Shown one piece after another: positions 40,282 to 49,193 of a stretch of DNA of 64,000 bases. This stretch comes from an uncultured Thiotrichaceae bacterium (GTDB lineage: Bacteria > Pseudomonadota > Gammaproteobacteria > SZUA-229). The stretch lies in the NCBI GenBank assembly GCA_964522445.1, contig CAZFUY010000001.1, forward strand, positions 387-64,386, given 5' to 3'. A program made the position numbers and the translations under genes. The notes under the pieces are model-generated. The model was not told the origin of the DNA. It ran no database searches and was given only the letters and a program-made list of their open reading frames with translations. Numbering within the stretch: position 1 is the stretch's first letter; every line of letters begins with the position of its first letter.

Positions 40282-40753
40282 AATACTGGCATTATTTTTA
40301 CTTGTGTTTTTAACCGCCTGTGAAAAAAATCAGACAGGTCCCGTTGAAGTTAAATGGGATCGTGATGCATGCGAACGTTGCCGTATGGTGTTAAGTGATC
40401 GTATGCATGCTGCTCAAATTAGAGGTGGAGAAGAAGGCAGTAAATCAAAGATTTATAAATTTGATGATATCGGTGGCGCTATTCTCTGGTTACAGGATAA
40501 GTCATGGAAAGATGATGCAAAAACAGAAATCTGGGTTAATGATCATCGAGATGGTCGCTGGCTGGCGGCACATGATTCATGGTTTATTAAAGGTCATATT
40601 ACACCCATGGAATTTGGTCTGGGTGCGCAGGATATGAAAACAGAAGATGCAATGAGTTATAGAGAAGCGGTAAATTATATAATTGATCGTGAACAGCGAT
40701 TTAATAAATCAGGCGCAGATCTAAAAGGGCAAATGCATGAACACCAGCACTGA
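40274..40753 (+). CDS. nosL: NosL, copper-chaperone lipoprotein
   Basis: Internal Met MHKILALFLLVFLTAC (lipobox) overlapping the nosF stop. DACERCRMVLSDRMHAAQI and FDDIGGAIL match the NosL CxxCxM copper-site region. The ORF-track start at 40127 is a spurious N-extension inside nosF. Confidence 0.7.
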   Translation: MHKILALFLLVFLTACEKNQTGPVEVKWDRDACERCRMVLSDRMHAAQIRGGEEGSKSKIYKFDDIGGAILWLQDKSWKDDAKTEIWVNDHRDGRWLAAHDSWFIKGHITPMEFGLGAQDMKTEDAMSYREAVNYIIDREQRFNKSGADLKGQMHEHQH

Positions 40754-41654
40754 AGCAATAGTTGATAAACTGAGTTTGAATGAAAAACAATTACAACTTA
40801 AGTCGGCATCTGGCACTATGTCCACCATGAAACATCTATGGTTAACTGCCTGGGCAGATATTGTCGAATCGATGCGAGCGCGCTGGTTTATGGTGTATGC
40901 CGGAATATTCGGCAGTATTGTGGTTTTATTATTTGTCTTTGGTCTGACCGAATCACGGATAATGGGCTTTACTGGCCTGTCTCGTTTGTTAATAACCTAT
41001 ATACAGCTCACCATGGCGATACTGCCTATTTTTGTATTGATTACCACTGTCAGATCGGTTGCAGGAGATCGTGAGGCAGGAGTATTCGAATACATGCTGT
41101 CATTGCCGGTATCACTGTCTGCATGGTACTGGGGTAAAACATTTGGGCGTTTTGCTGTTATTTTTATGCCAGTATTTATGGCCATGTTAATTGCGATAAT
41201 TGTCGGTGTTATTCGTGGCGCAGAAGTGCCATGGACATTATTTACTTATTACACGGGTTTACTTATTGTTCTTTCATGGTGCTTTCTTGGCATCGGCATG
41301 TTGATATCAAGCATTGCAAGAACGGCTGATGTTGCCACAGGTGCGGCATTTGTTATCTGGTTAGTATTAATATTATTTCTGGATTTAATTTTGCTCGGTA
41401 TTATGGTGCAGGAAGGCTTAAGTATGGAAGCCGCTGTGGCCGCATCGCTGGTTAATCCATTACAGGTTTTTAGAACAGCGGCAATGATGTTGTTTGATTC
41501 AAAATTGATACTGCTTGGGCCAACCGCGTATGTTATTTTAGATAACTTTAGCGTGAATGGTTATTTAACTTTTGCACTGTTATATCCATTGTTAATCGGT
41601 ACTGTAGCAGCAAGCACAGGTTACTGGTTATTTAAACGCAGTGATTTGCCATAA
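40737..41654 (+). CDS. nosY: NosY, ABC-2 type permease (start could alternatively be the internal Met at 40818)
   Basis: Six TM helices and ABC-2 permease topology downstream of nosF/nosL. The ATG at 40737 overlaps the nosL end. Confidence 0.75.
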   Translation: MNTSTEAIVDKLSLNEKQLQLKSASGTMSTMKHLWLTAWADIVESMRARWFMVYAGIFGSIVVLLFVFGLTESRIMGFTGLSRLLITYIQLTMAILPIFVLITTVRSVAGDREAGVFEYMLSLPVSLSAWYWGKTFGRFAVIFMPVFMAMLIAIIVGVIRGAEVPWTLFTYYTGLLIVLSWCFLGIGMLISSIARTADVATGAAFVIWLVLILFLDLILLGIMVQEGLSMEAAVAASLVNPLQVFRTAAMMLFDSKLILLGPTAYVILDNFSVNGYLTFALLYPLLIGTVAASTGYWLFKRSDLP

Positions 41655-41735
41655 TTATTCAGTTCACTCCTGCACTCTATTAGAGCAACCTGAACAGGTT
41701 CTTTTTTACAGGGTAGGGCAGGAAAGGAAATATAA

Positions 41736-42650
41736 ATGAGTGAACCCAATACACAAATTTTCCACGGCCAAACTCTTGGCAATAAAATAGCGACTTATAT
41801 TGCAGCAACACGCCCTCCATTTTTAACTGCATCAATACTTCCTGTTATTGCTGGCCTCGCTTTAGTTTGGGGAGAAATTAATTCATTAAATTTTGGCCTG
41901 GGTTTTTTAACCATTTTAAATATTATATTTATTCATGCAGGCTCCAATGTGCTTAATGATTATTTTGATGCGCGAAATGGAACGGATGACGCTAATACCA
42001 GTCGTATTTTTCCCTTCTCGGGCGGCAGTCGTTTTATACAAAATGGTGTTATGTCAGAAGAGCAAATGTTCAAGTATGGTTTTACATTAATGATGCTAGG
42101 TACAGTGCTTGGTGTTGCAATGACCGTTATTACCGGGCCGTTTATTTTAATTGTTGGTTTAATTGGTGGTTTGTTAGCTATTTTTTATTCAGCGCCACCC
42201 TGTCTTGCGTGCAGAGGTTTGGGTGATATAACTATAGCCCTCTGTTTTGGTGTCTTGCCTGTTGTGGGCACGGCATTTATCCAGACAGGAGAAATAATGA
42301 CTTCGGCAATCTGGTTGGGAGCAGTGATAGGTTGTTTTGTTGCAGCAATACTCTGGGTAAATTCAATACCTGATATCGACGCTGATCGAAAAGCAAATAA
42401 AATGACATTACCCGCAAGGCTAGGCAAAGATATTGCCACGCATGGCTTAGGATTATGGTTTGCATTAGGCTATGTCATTTTATTTTTTTCGCCATTACCT
42501 GCAACAAGTTACATTAGTTTGATAGCCATTATCCCCGCAGCAAAAGCAGCCAAAGGATTAGTTGATGGTAATTTAATGCCGGCTATACCTATGACGCTAA
42601 TGACTCATGCTGCTGTTTGTGTTTTATTAGCTATAGGCTGCGCTATTTAA
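41736..42650 (+). CDS. UbiA-family aromatic prenyltransferase (MenA-like)
   Basis: NDYFDARNGTDD (NDxxDxxxD Mg/prenyl-diphosphate motif). Eight or more TM helices. 304 aa. Confidence 0.7.
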   Translation: MSEPNTQIFHGQTLGNKIATYIAATRPPFLTASILPVIAGLALVWGEINSLNFGLGFLTILNIIFIHAGSNVLNDYFDARNGTDDANTSRIFPFSGGSRFIQNGVMSEEQMFKYGFTLMMLGTVLGVAMTVITGPFILIVGLIGGLLAIFYSAPPCLACRGLGDITIALCFGVLPVVGTAFIQTGEIMTSAIWLGAVIGCFVAAILWVNSIPDIDADRKANKMTLPARLGKDIATHGLGLWFALGYVILFFSPLPATSYISLIAIIPAAKAAKGLVDGNLMPAIPMTLMTHAAVCVLLAIGCAI

Positions 42651-42746
42651 TGTAGGAGTGGCTTTAGCCGCGATTAATCTTTTGTCTAGATAATATCGCT
42701 GCTAAAGCTGCTCCTACAAAAATAATAAATATTTAAAAGGTTTAGT

Positions 42747-43208
42747 ATGTGTAAAAAATGCTGGGTAATTGTTGCTCTGTTAATTGTTTTAGTGACAGGC
42801 ATGTTTATGAAGTTTGTTATTTTAGGTGAAACTGAAAAGCATGCCGATGGTAGAACAGCAATCAAATTAACAGAAGATGAAAAAAATATAGTATTAAGTG
42901 AAATGCGAGTATTTTTAATGAGCGTGCAACAAATTACTCAGGGCATTATTGATAAAGACATGCAGGCAGTTTCAAAATCTGCTCGACAGGTAGGTGCTGC
43001 TGCACAGGGTGGTGTGCCTGGTTCACTCATTAGAAAATTACCCATAGAGTTTAAAAAATTAGGTTTTGATACCCATTCAAAATTTGATCAGTTAGCACTA
43101 GATGCGGAACAGATGGGTGATGAGGAGTATGCGCTAACTCAGTTAAGTGAATTAATGCAGAATTGTGTGAGCTGTCATTCTGCTTTTAGATTTGTTGGAA
43201 CGAAATAG
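42747..43208 (+). CDS. Class II c-type cytochrome (cytochrome c' / c-556-like four-helix bundle)
   Basis: Single CVSCH heme motif at the extreme C-terminus, helical body, N-terminal signal/anchor. 153 aa. Confidence 0.6.
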   Translation: MCKKCWVIVALLIVLVTGMFMKFVILGETEKHADGRTAIKLTEDEKNIVLSEMRVFLMSVQQITQGIIDKDMQAVSKSARQVGAAAQGGVPGSLIRKLPIEFKKLGFDTHSKFDQLALDAEQMGDEEYALTQLSELMQNCVSCHSAFRFVGTK

Positions 43209-43256
43209 GCTGCATATAGTTTTATAGTTATAAAGCCAAAAAAAAATGGTTAAGCT

Positions 43257-44000
43257 TTATTTATCATCAAGAATGGATAAATAAGAAAGAATATTATGTA
43301 TTTGTTCTTCTGTGAAATGAGACAGAAATGCTTCATCAGGCGCATCTTTATCGTGGATGCGTTTTTTATTTATAAACATTTTAATCTGGCGTTTTAAATA
43401 TTTGCTATATTGACCCGTTAGCATGGGTGCGCCTTTTTTGGGTTTGCCTTCGCCTTTTCTGCCGTGGCATGTTTTGCATTCTTTTTTATAGAGTTTTTTT
43501 CCAGCTTTAATATTACCATCAAGTTTTGCAATATTAAGCAGCTTTTTAGTCATCATCATACGTTCGTATGCGTCAAATTTTACATCTTTCACCAGGGGTG
43601 GTAATTTTGTGACCAGCTTTATTGATTCTAAATAAGCAGCTACATCAACTATTTCCTGGTCTGGAAGCTGGCCTTTATCAAGGTATTCCAGCATGGGCAT
43701 ATTGGGTCGAATTTTATCTCTAAATAAATGCAATTGATTTATGATATAAGCTGCGGGCAGGCTGGCCAGGCGTGGGTATTCGCCACCTTTACCACCTTCG
43801 GCGTATTCGCCATGACAGCCGGCGCAGGTTTCGTTTATCTCTTCACCTATTTCAAGGTCGGGTGGGTTTAGTTTTTCAGCAAATGATGGGCCTGTTATTA
43901 GAGTAAACAGGATAAATAATAGTTTTATGGCGGGTTTGTAAAGTGCAGAGAAATATTTATTAATAAGACCATAAAGATTTTTTCTTTTATTTGCGTTCAT
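43257..44000 (-). CDS. Diheme c-type cytochrome (c4/c553-like), co-oriented with fccAB
   Basis: Two CxxCH (CAGCHGEYAEGG, CKTCHGRKGEGK). Signal peptide. Confidence 0.75.
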   Translation of the reverse strand: MNANKRKNLYGLINKYFSALYKPAIKLLFILFTLITGPSFAEKLNPPDLEIGEEINETCAGCHGEYAEGGKGGEYPRLASLPAAYIINQLHLFRDKIRPNMPMLEYLDKGQLPDQEIVDVAAYLESIKLVTKLPPLVKDVKFDAYERMMMTKKLLNIAKLDGNIKAGKKLYKKECKTCHGRKGEGKPKKGAPMLTGQYSKYLKRQIKMFINKKRIHDKDAPDEAFLSHFTEEQIHNILSYLSILDDK

Positions 44001-44044
44001 TTGTGTTTTCTTTTTCTTCTTTCCTAATCTTTGGCTAAGAGCTA

Positions 44045-45328
44045 TTAACCAAAAATATCATGCGTAATATTATTAAACCATGAATGCGCATAGTCTGCTT
44101 CACGTTGTCGCATATGATTACTTGCATCTATCGGTGTAAGACCACCCGCATTTTCAATTTTTATTATTTTACCATTTTCAAAGCCATAAACCATGGCAAC
44201 AGAAATAGCATCACCAGGTGCAATTATGCTGTAGCAGGTATTAATTAATGATGGCTGGATTAAATCACTGTCATTAAAAAGTGAAACAATTGCAGCAGCA
44301 CATACTTTAGCTTCTGAGTTGGCGGCATAGCCTGATTTTGGTAGTGGCGATGCTGTGGTGCTATCACCAATTACATGAATGTTTTTATGTATTTTAGATT
44401 CAAAAGTACTGTGATCAACTGGGCACCAGCCTGATTTATCGGTAAGGCCAGTAGTAAAAGCCAGTTTACCTGCTTTTTGTGGCGGAATAATATTAATTAC
44501 ATCGGCCTTAAAATCATCTGCCTGAGCAGAAATAGTTTTTGTTTTTGCATTAACACTTTCTACATGGCCCCCGTTAGAACTGCCAATCCATTCAATTAAA
44601 CTATTATCAGTGCCATAACCATAATGCCGTTTCCATCCCGCTTCAAAAAGTTTCTGTTTGGAAAATTTATCTTTGTCATCCAGAATAATAATTTTAGATT
44701 TTGGTTTATGTTTTTTTAAGTAATGTGCAATCTGTGATGCGCGCTCATAAGGTGCGGGAGGGCAGCGAAATGGATTGGCAGGTGGCGCAATAATTACTTT
44801 GCCGCCATCTGGCATGGCTTCAAGTTGTTTTTTTAATATGAGTGTTTGTGAGCCAGCCTGATATGAATGAGGAATTATTTCTGATACCTCTTCGCTGTAA
44901 CCTTCTATTTCATCCCATCTAAAGTCTATACCGGGTGAAATTATGCAGCGATCATATTTAAAAATTTTTCCACCACTAATGCTAATAGTCTGTTTATTGG
45001 TGTCAATTTTTGATGCAATATCATGAACAACTTTCACGCCGCGTTTTGTTAAAGCATCGTAAGTAAATTGCAGTGTTTTAAATTTGCGTTCACCACCAAG
45101 AAACTCATTGCTCATAAAACAGGTGGTGTAATACTTTTTAGGTTCAATGAGGGTGATATCAATACTGCTGTCCATAATATGCAGATATTTTGCAGCAGTG
45201 ACGCCACCAATACCGCCACCTACGATAACCACTTTTTTATTTTTAGCGGCATGAATCCAGGGGCTAAATGTTAAACAGCTGGATGCAGTAGCAGCTAAAG
45301 AAAGTTTTAAAAATTGACGACGTGACAT
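44045..45328 (-). CDS. fccB: Flavocytochrome c sulfide dehydrogenase, flavoprotein subunit FccB (SoxF-like)
   Basis: Tat signal MSRRQFLKLSLAATAS. FAD-binding VVIVGGGIGGVTAAKYL. About 427 aa, typical of FCSD flavoprotein subunits. Confidence 0.85.
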   Translation of the reverse strand: MSRRQFLKLSLAATASSCLTFSPWIHAAKNKKVVIVGGGIGGVTAAKYLHIMDSSIDITLIEPKKYYTTCFMSNEFLGGERKFKTLQFTYDALTKRGVKVVHDIASKIDTNKQTISISGGKIFKYDRCIISPGIDFRWDEIEGYSEEVSEIIPHSYQAGSQTLILKKQLEAMPDGGKVIIAPPANPFRCPPAPYERASQIAHYLKKHKPKSKIIILDDKDKFSKQKLFEAGWKRHYGYGTDNSLIEWIGSSNGGHVESVNAKTKTISAQADDFKADVINIIPPQKAGKLAFTTGLTDKSGWCPVDHSTFESKIHKNIHVIGDSTTASPLPKSGYAANSEAKVCAAAIVSLFNDSDLIQPSLINTCYSIIAPGDAISVAMVYGFENGKIIKIENAGGLTPIDASNHMRQREADYAHSWFNNITHDIFG

Positions 45329-45350
45329 AGTGATACCTTATATTCTGGTC

Positions 45351-45944
45351 TTATTTTTGAGCAGCATAAAAATTTAATAATTGTTCAATGCCCTGCTGTC
45401 CCATCTGCTTATGAATCTTGCGTAGCTTGAGTAGCATCTTGGTGGGTATTTCGCGTTTTCCACTTAAAATATCGGCAATGGTGTAACGTAAATAAGGTGT
45501 TTTCTGACCAGCTAAAATACCGGCATCATCATCTGAAGCACGGCCACCATCTTCATGGCATTTTTCACAATTATCTGCATGTATTTTTTTGCCCTTTTCA
45601 ACTAAAGCAGTAGTGTGTTTTTGAGTTGTAGGGATTAAAGTCTGGCTGGAAAAAAACTCAGACATAAGTTCTATTTGTTCCTCACTGTAGCCTTTGGCTA
45701 TTCTGTTCATTATTGTTGCTGGGCGCTCATCTTCTTTAAAGGCTTCCATTGCATCGATAAAGTAATCGGGGGAAATACCTGCAATACTGGGTGTTGCAGG
45801 CCCCTGACTAGAGCCGTTATGGCCATGGCAGGCTGCGCAGGCATTGGTCAGCATAGTGGCTTCAGTTGGTGCTTGTGCGTTTACAGTAAGACTAAACAAT
45901 ATGCCTGTTATAAAGCTTATTGAGTAAAAAATTTTACACGTCAT
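45351..45944 (-). CDS. fccA: Flavocytochrome c sulfide dehydrogenase, diheme cytochrome subunit FccA
   Basis: Two CxxCH (CAACHGHNGSSQG, CEKCHEDGGRASDD). Signal peptide. Immediately upstream of fccB. Confidence 0.8.
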   Translation of the reverse strand: MTCKIFYSISFITGILFSLTVNAQAPTEATMLTNACAACHGHNGSSQGPATPSIAGISPDYFIDAMEAFKEDERPATIMNRIAKGYSEEQIELMSEFFSSQTLIPTTQKHTTALVEKGKKIHADNCEKCHEDGGRASDDDAGILAGQKTPYLRYTIADILSGKREIPTKMLLKLRKIHKQMGQQGIEQLLNFYAAQK

Positions 45945-46271
45945 ATTGTGTTTGCCCTTTGTTGTGCCGGTTTAGTTTTATTTCAATACCAAATTGTGAT
46001 TTTCCCCAGGTATTAACTGTAAAAAATCATAGCTATTCATCTTGGTTATTTTAGCTTAAAGAGTCATTGTTGTAGGTCAAAAAAATTAGTTGCTTTTAGC
46101 TGCTATAAATTAGTCTGTTGTTTTGATAATTCCCATAAGGAAAGTTTATGTATAAATTAACAATACTTGCGCTGACGCAAAGTATATTAGCAAATACTAA
46201 TATATAAGTTATAGCTAAGAGGTAAATAAATTATGAAGATCTTAATCCTTAACTGATAGAGGAGAGTAGCC

Positions 46272-46817
46272 ATGATGAAGTCAGTGGTTAGTTTTATAGG
46301 CGGGATAGTGTTTACGGGTGTAGTGGCCTGGAATATGGCAGGTAGCATGATGCTAAGAGAAGTTGAAAGTCCTTTTGGTGTGGAAGAAACCGCCGCACGT
46401 ATTCAAAGGAATATTCAGTCTTTATCTGGTAACGGCTGGTCATTATCTGGTTTGCGCAATCCTGCTCGTGCAGTAGCTAATTCGGGCACTAATGTACCGC
46501 CTGTGTTGTTAATTGAAGCGTGTAGTACCAAATACTCAGGCCCTATTCTGAAAGGTGATGAAACACGTATTCTTTCTATTCTTATGCCATGCACTATTAC
46601 TGTTTATAAGAAAGATGATGGCAAGACATATGTTGGTCTAATGAACTCAGCGCTTATGGGGCGCATGTTTGGCCCCCTGGTGGGTGAAATTATGGGTGAA
46701 GTGGCTAAGGATCAAAAAGTATTTGTAACCTTTGATCCTAAAAAACCTGCACCACCATTAATCAAGATCCGCCCTGGTGGCGGTGGTGCGGGTGGTAAGG
46801 CAGCGGATGGTTGCTAA
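46272..46817 (+). CDS. DUF302-domain protein with a Gly-rich C-terminal tail
   Basis: EACSTKYSGPILKGDETRILSILMPCTITVYKKDDGKTYVGLMNSALMG matches the DUF302 core. N-terminal TM/signal segment. Ends in PGGGGAGGKAADGC. Confidence 0.6.
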   Translation: MMKSVVSFIGGIVFTGVVAWNMAGSMMLREVESPFGVEETAARIQRNIQSLSGNGWSLSGLRNPARAVANSGTNVPPVLLIEACSTKYSGPILKGDETRILSILMPCTITVYKKDDGKTYVGLMNSALMGRMFGPLVGEIMGEVAKDQKVFVTFDPKKPAPPLIKIRPGGGGAGGKAADGC

Positions 46818-46855
46818 AACTCACATCAACCCAGATTATTCCATGAGGAGGCAAT

Positions 46856-48520
46856 ATGTCTAAGCAAATTAACAAAGGCTCTGTGTTTGCAACAGCTTTT
46901 GTCATGAGTCTGGCATTTATTGGGTCTACACAGGCCAGTACAGATGCCAGCACAACTGACAAAACTGTAAGCGGGGCAATAGATGTGTTCGGGATTGCTG
47001 CTGATACACCAGCAAAAAAATCTACCGCAGATCATTCCAGGTTTAAAGAGCTGCAGGTAAATTTTAAAAGCGGCCCTGAAGTCACAAAGGCCTGTTTGAC
47101 CTGCCATACCGAGGCAGCCAAACAGTTACATAAAACAAAACACTGGAGCTGGGATTACATTAATGGAGATACCAAACAGCATTTAGGTAAGAAGAATGTC
47201 ATCAATAATTTCTGTACTTCAGTGCCATCTAACTACAAATTCTGCTCAGCATGTCATATTGGTTATGGATGGAAAGATGACAAGTTTGATTTTGCTGTAG
47301 AAGAAAATGTAGATTGTGTGGTTTGTCATGACACCACTGGCAGCTATAAAAAACTGCCAGGACTTGCGGGTCATCCAAATTACAAAACGATTGAATGGCC
47401 ACCTCATTCAGGTAAATTCAGGCCACCAACAGATCTGAAACGTGTCGCTCAGAATGTGGGTAAAACCAGCCGTGCAAGCTGTGGCGCATGTCATTTTAGA
47501 GGTGGCGGTGGTGATGCAGTGAAGCATGGTGATCTGGATAGTTCATTAACTAATCCATCTCGTTATCTTGATGTTCACATGGATGCCAAAGGTCTTAACT
47601 TCTCATGTGCAAAATGTCATACCAGTGACCAGCATGAAGTTGCCGGTAGTCGTTATCAGCCCACTGCCGCTGATGAGCAGGGTGTAATAACTCGTGGCAG
47701 TAAAGATGAGCGTAATGCAGCTACCTGTGTAGCCTGTCATGGCAATGAGCCTCATCCAGAAAAAGCAGCAAAAATGAATGAGCATACTGACAAGCTGGCT
47801 TGCCAGACATGCCATATTCCTGCTTTTGCGCGGGGTAATAAGCACACAAAGATGAGCTGGGACTGGTCAACTTTAGGTGATCTGGATGAACAGGGGCATC
47901 GCAAACGTATCTGGGGTTCAGATGGCATGGTTAAGTATGATAGTAAAAAAGGAAGCTTTACTCATGACCGTTATGTGATTCCTGAATATCAGTGGTTCAA
48001 TGGTGAAGTTGAGTTTACTTTGGCGGATACCGTGTTTGATCCGAATGAAATATTGAAAATCAACTCATTCAAAGGCAGTGCAGAAGATGGTAAATCTCGC
48101 ATATGGCCAACCAAAGTATTCCGTGGCAAACAAATGTATGACAAGGTTAAAAATACATTAGTGGTAACCAGTTTGTCCGATGATCCTGATACTGCATTAT
48201 GGAAAAACTACGACATCAAAAAAGCAGTTGAATTTGGAATGAAAAGTGTAGGCAGAGAATTCAGTGGAGAAGTGGGCTGGATTGAAACTGAAATGAGCTG
48301 GCCTATAACTCACATGGTTGCTCCTAAGGAAGATGCCGTTGAATGTCATCAGTGCCATCGTGACGGTGGTCGTTTAAAAGATATTAAAGGTATTTATATT
48401 CCAGGAGCTAACAACACACCGCTGCTTGATAAATTAGGTTTTGGTGCAGCATTGCTTACATTAATCGGTGTGTTATTCCATGGTTTGATTCGTGTTCTTA
48501 TGCATAAGAGAGGAGGGTAA
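46856..48520 (+). CDS. Octaheme c-type cytochrome (OTR/ONR/HAO superfamily-like) with a C-terminal hydrophobic anchor
   Basis: Eight CxxCH motifs (CLTCH, CSACH, CVVCH, CGACH, CAKCH, CVACH, CQTCH, CHQCH). Sec signal. C-terminal LGFGAALLTLIGVLFHGLIRVL. GAGGAGG RBS. Confidence 0.85.
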   Translation: MSKQINKGSVFATAFVMSLAFIGSTQASTDASTTDKTVSGAIDVFGIAADTPAKKSTADHSRFKELQVNFKSGPEVTKACLTCHTEAAKQLHKTKHWSWDYINGDTKQHLGKKNVINNFCTSVPSNYKFCSACHIGYGWKDDKFDFAVEENVDCVVCHDTTGSYKKLPGLAGHPNYKTIEWPPHSGKFRPPTDLKRVAQNVGKTSRASCGACHFRGGGGDAVKHGDLDSSLTNPSRYLDVHMDAKGLNFSCAKCHTSDQHEVAGSRYQPTAADEQGVITRGSKDERNAATCVACHGNEPHPEKAAKMNEHTDKLACQTCHIPAFARGNKHTKMSWDWSTLGDLDEQGHRKRIWGSDGMVKYDSKKGSFTHDRYVIPEYQWFNGEVEFTLADTVFDPNEILKINSFKGSAEDGKSRIWPTKVFRGKQMYDKVKNTLVVTSLSDDPDTALWKNYDIKKAVEFGMKSVGREFSGEVGWIETEMSWPITHMVAPKEDAVECHQCHRDGGRLKDIKGIYIPGANNTPLLDKLGFGAALLTLIGVLFHGLIRVLMHKRGG

Positions 48521-48524
48521 GACA

Positions 48525-49121
48525 ATGGCTGAAAGAATTTATATATTCAAACGGTTTGAACGTTTCTGGCATTGGGCTCAGGCTCTGCTTATCATTATTA
48601 TGCTGATAACAGGTTTTGAAGTTCATGGAAGTTACACCCTCTTTGGATTTGAAGATGCGGTGCAATATCACACCATTGCCGCATGGACGCTGGTTAGTTT
48701 ATGGGTGTTTGCTGTGTTCTGGCATTTCACAACAGGAGAGTGGAAACAATATATTCCAACGCTGGAAAAAGTGGATGCAATGATGAAGTATTACTTAACA
48801 GGCATCTTCACTGATGCACCCCATCCTGTTAAACAAACCACATTAAGTAAACATAATCCTCTGCAAAGACTGGCTTACCTGTTTGTATTAATGATGATCA
48901 ACCCATTAATCTGGACAACAGGCTGGTTCTATCTGTTTTACAGTTCATGGGAAGGCTGGGGACTGGGATGGTTGAGTCTGGAATGGGTTGCCTTTTTTCA
49001 TGTGATAGCGGCATTTATGATGCTGATATTTCTAATTGCACATGTCTATCTGGGAACAGCAGGCCATACAGTAACTTCACATATAAAAGCAATGATTACT
49101 GGTTGGGAAGAAGTGGATTAA
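48525..49121 (+). CDS. Membrane b-type cytochrome (HyaC/FdnI-like di-heme cytochrome b family), probable quinone-interacting partner of the octaheme cytochrome
   Basis: Four TM helices with conserved His (RFWHWAQAL, HTIAAW, HFTTGEW, HVIAAF, HVYLG). AGGAGG RBS 5 nt after the octaheme stop. The ORF-track start at 48492 is probably a spurious N-extension. Confidence 0.7.
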   Translation: MAERIYIFKRFERFWHWAQALLIIIMLITGFEVHGSYTLFGFEDAVQYHTIAAWTLVSLWVFAVFWHFTTGEWKQYIPTLEKVDAMMKYYLTGIFTDAPHPVKQTTLSKHNPLQRLAYLFVLMMINPLIWTTGWFYLFYSSWEGWGLGWLSLEWVAFFHVIAAFMMLIFLIAHVYLGTAGHTVTSHIKAMITGWEEVD

Positions 49122-49193
49122 TAAAGGTATATCCCCTCCCTCTTTACGAGGGAGGGTTAGGGGGGAGGATACTAAGTAACCGGAAAATAAAAT

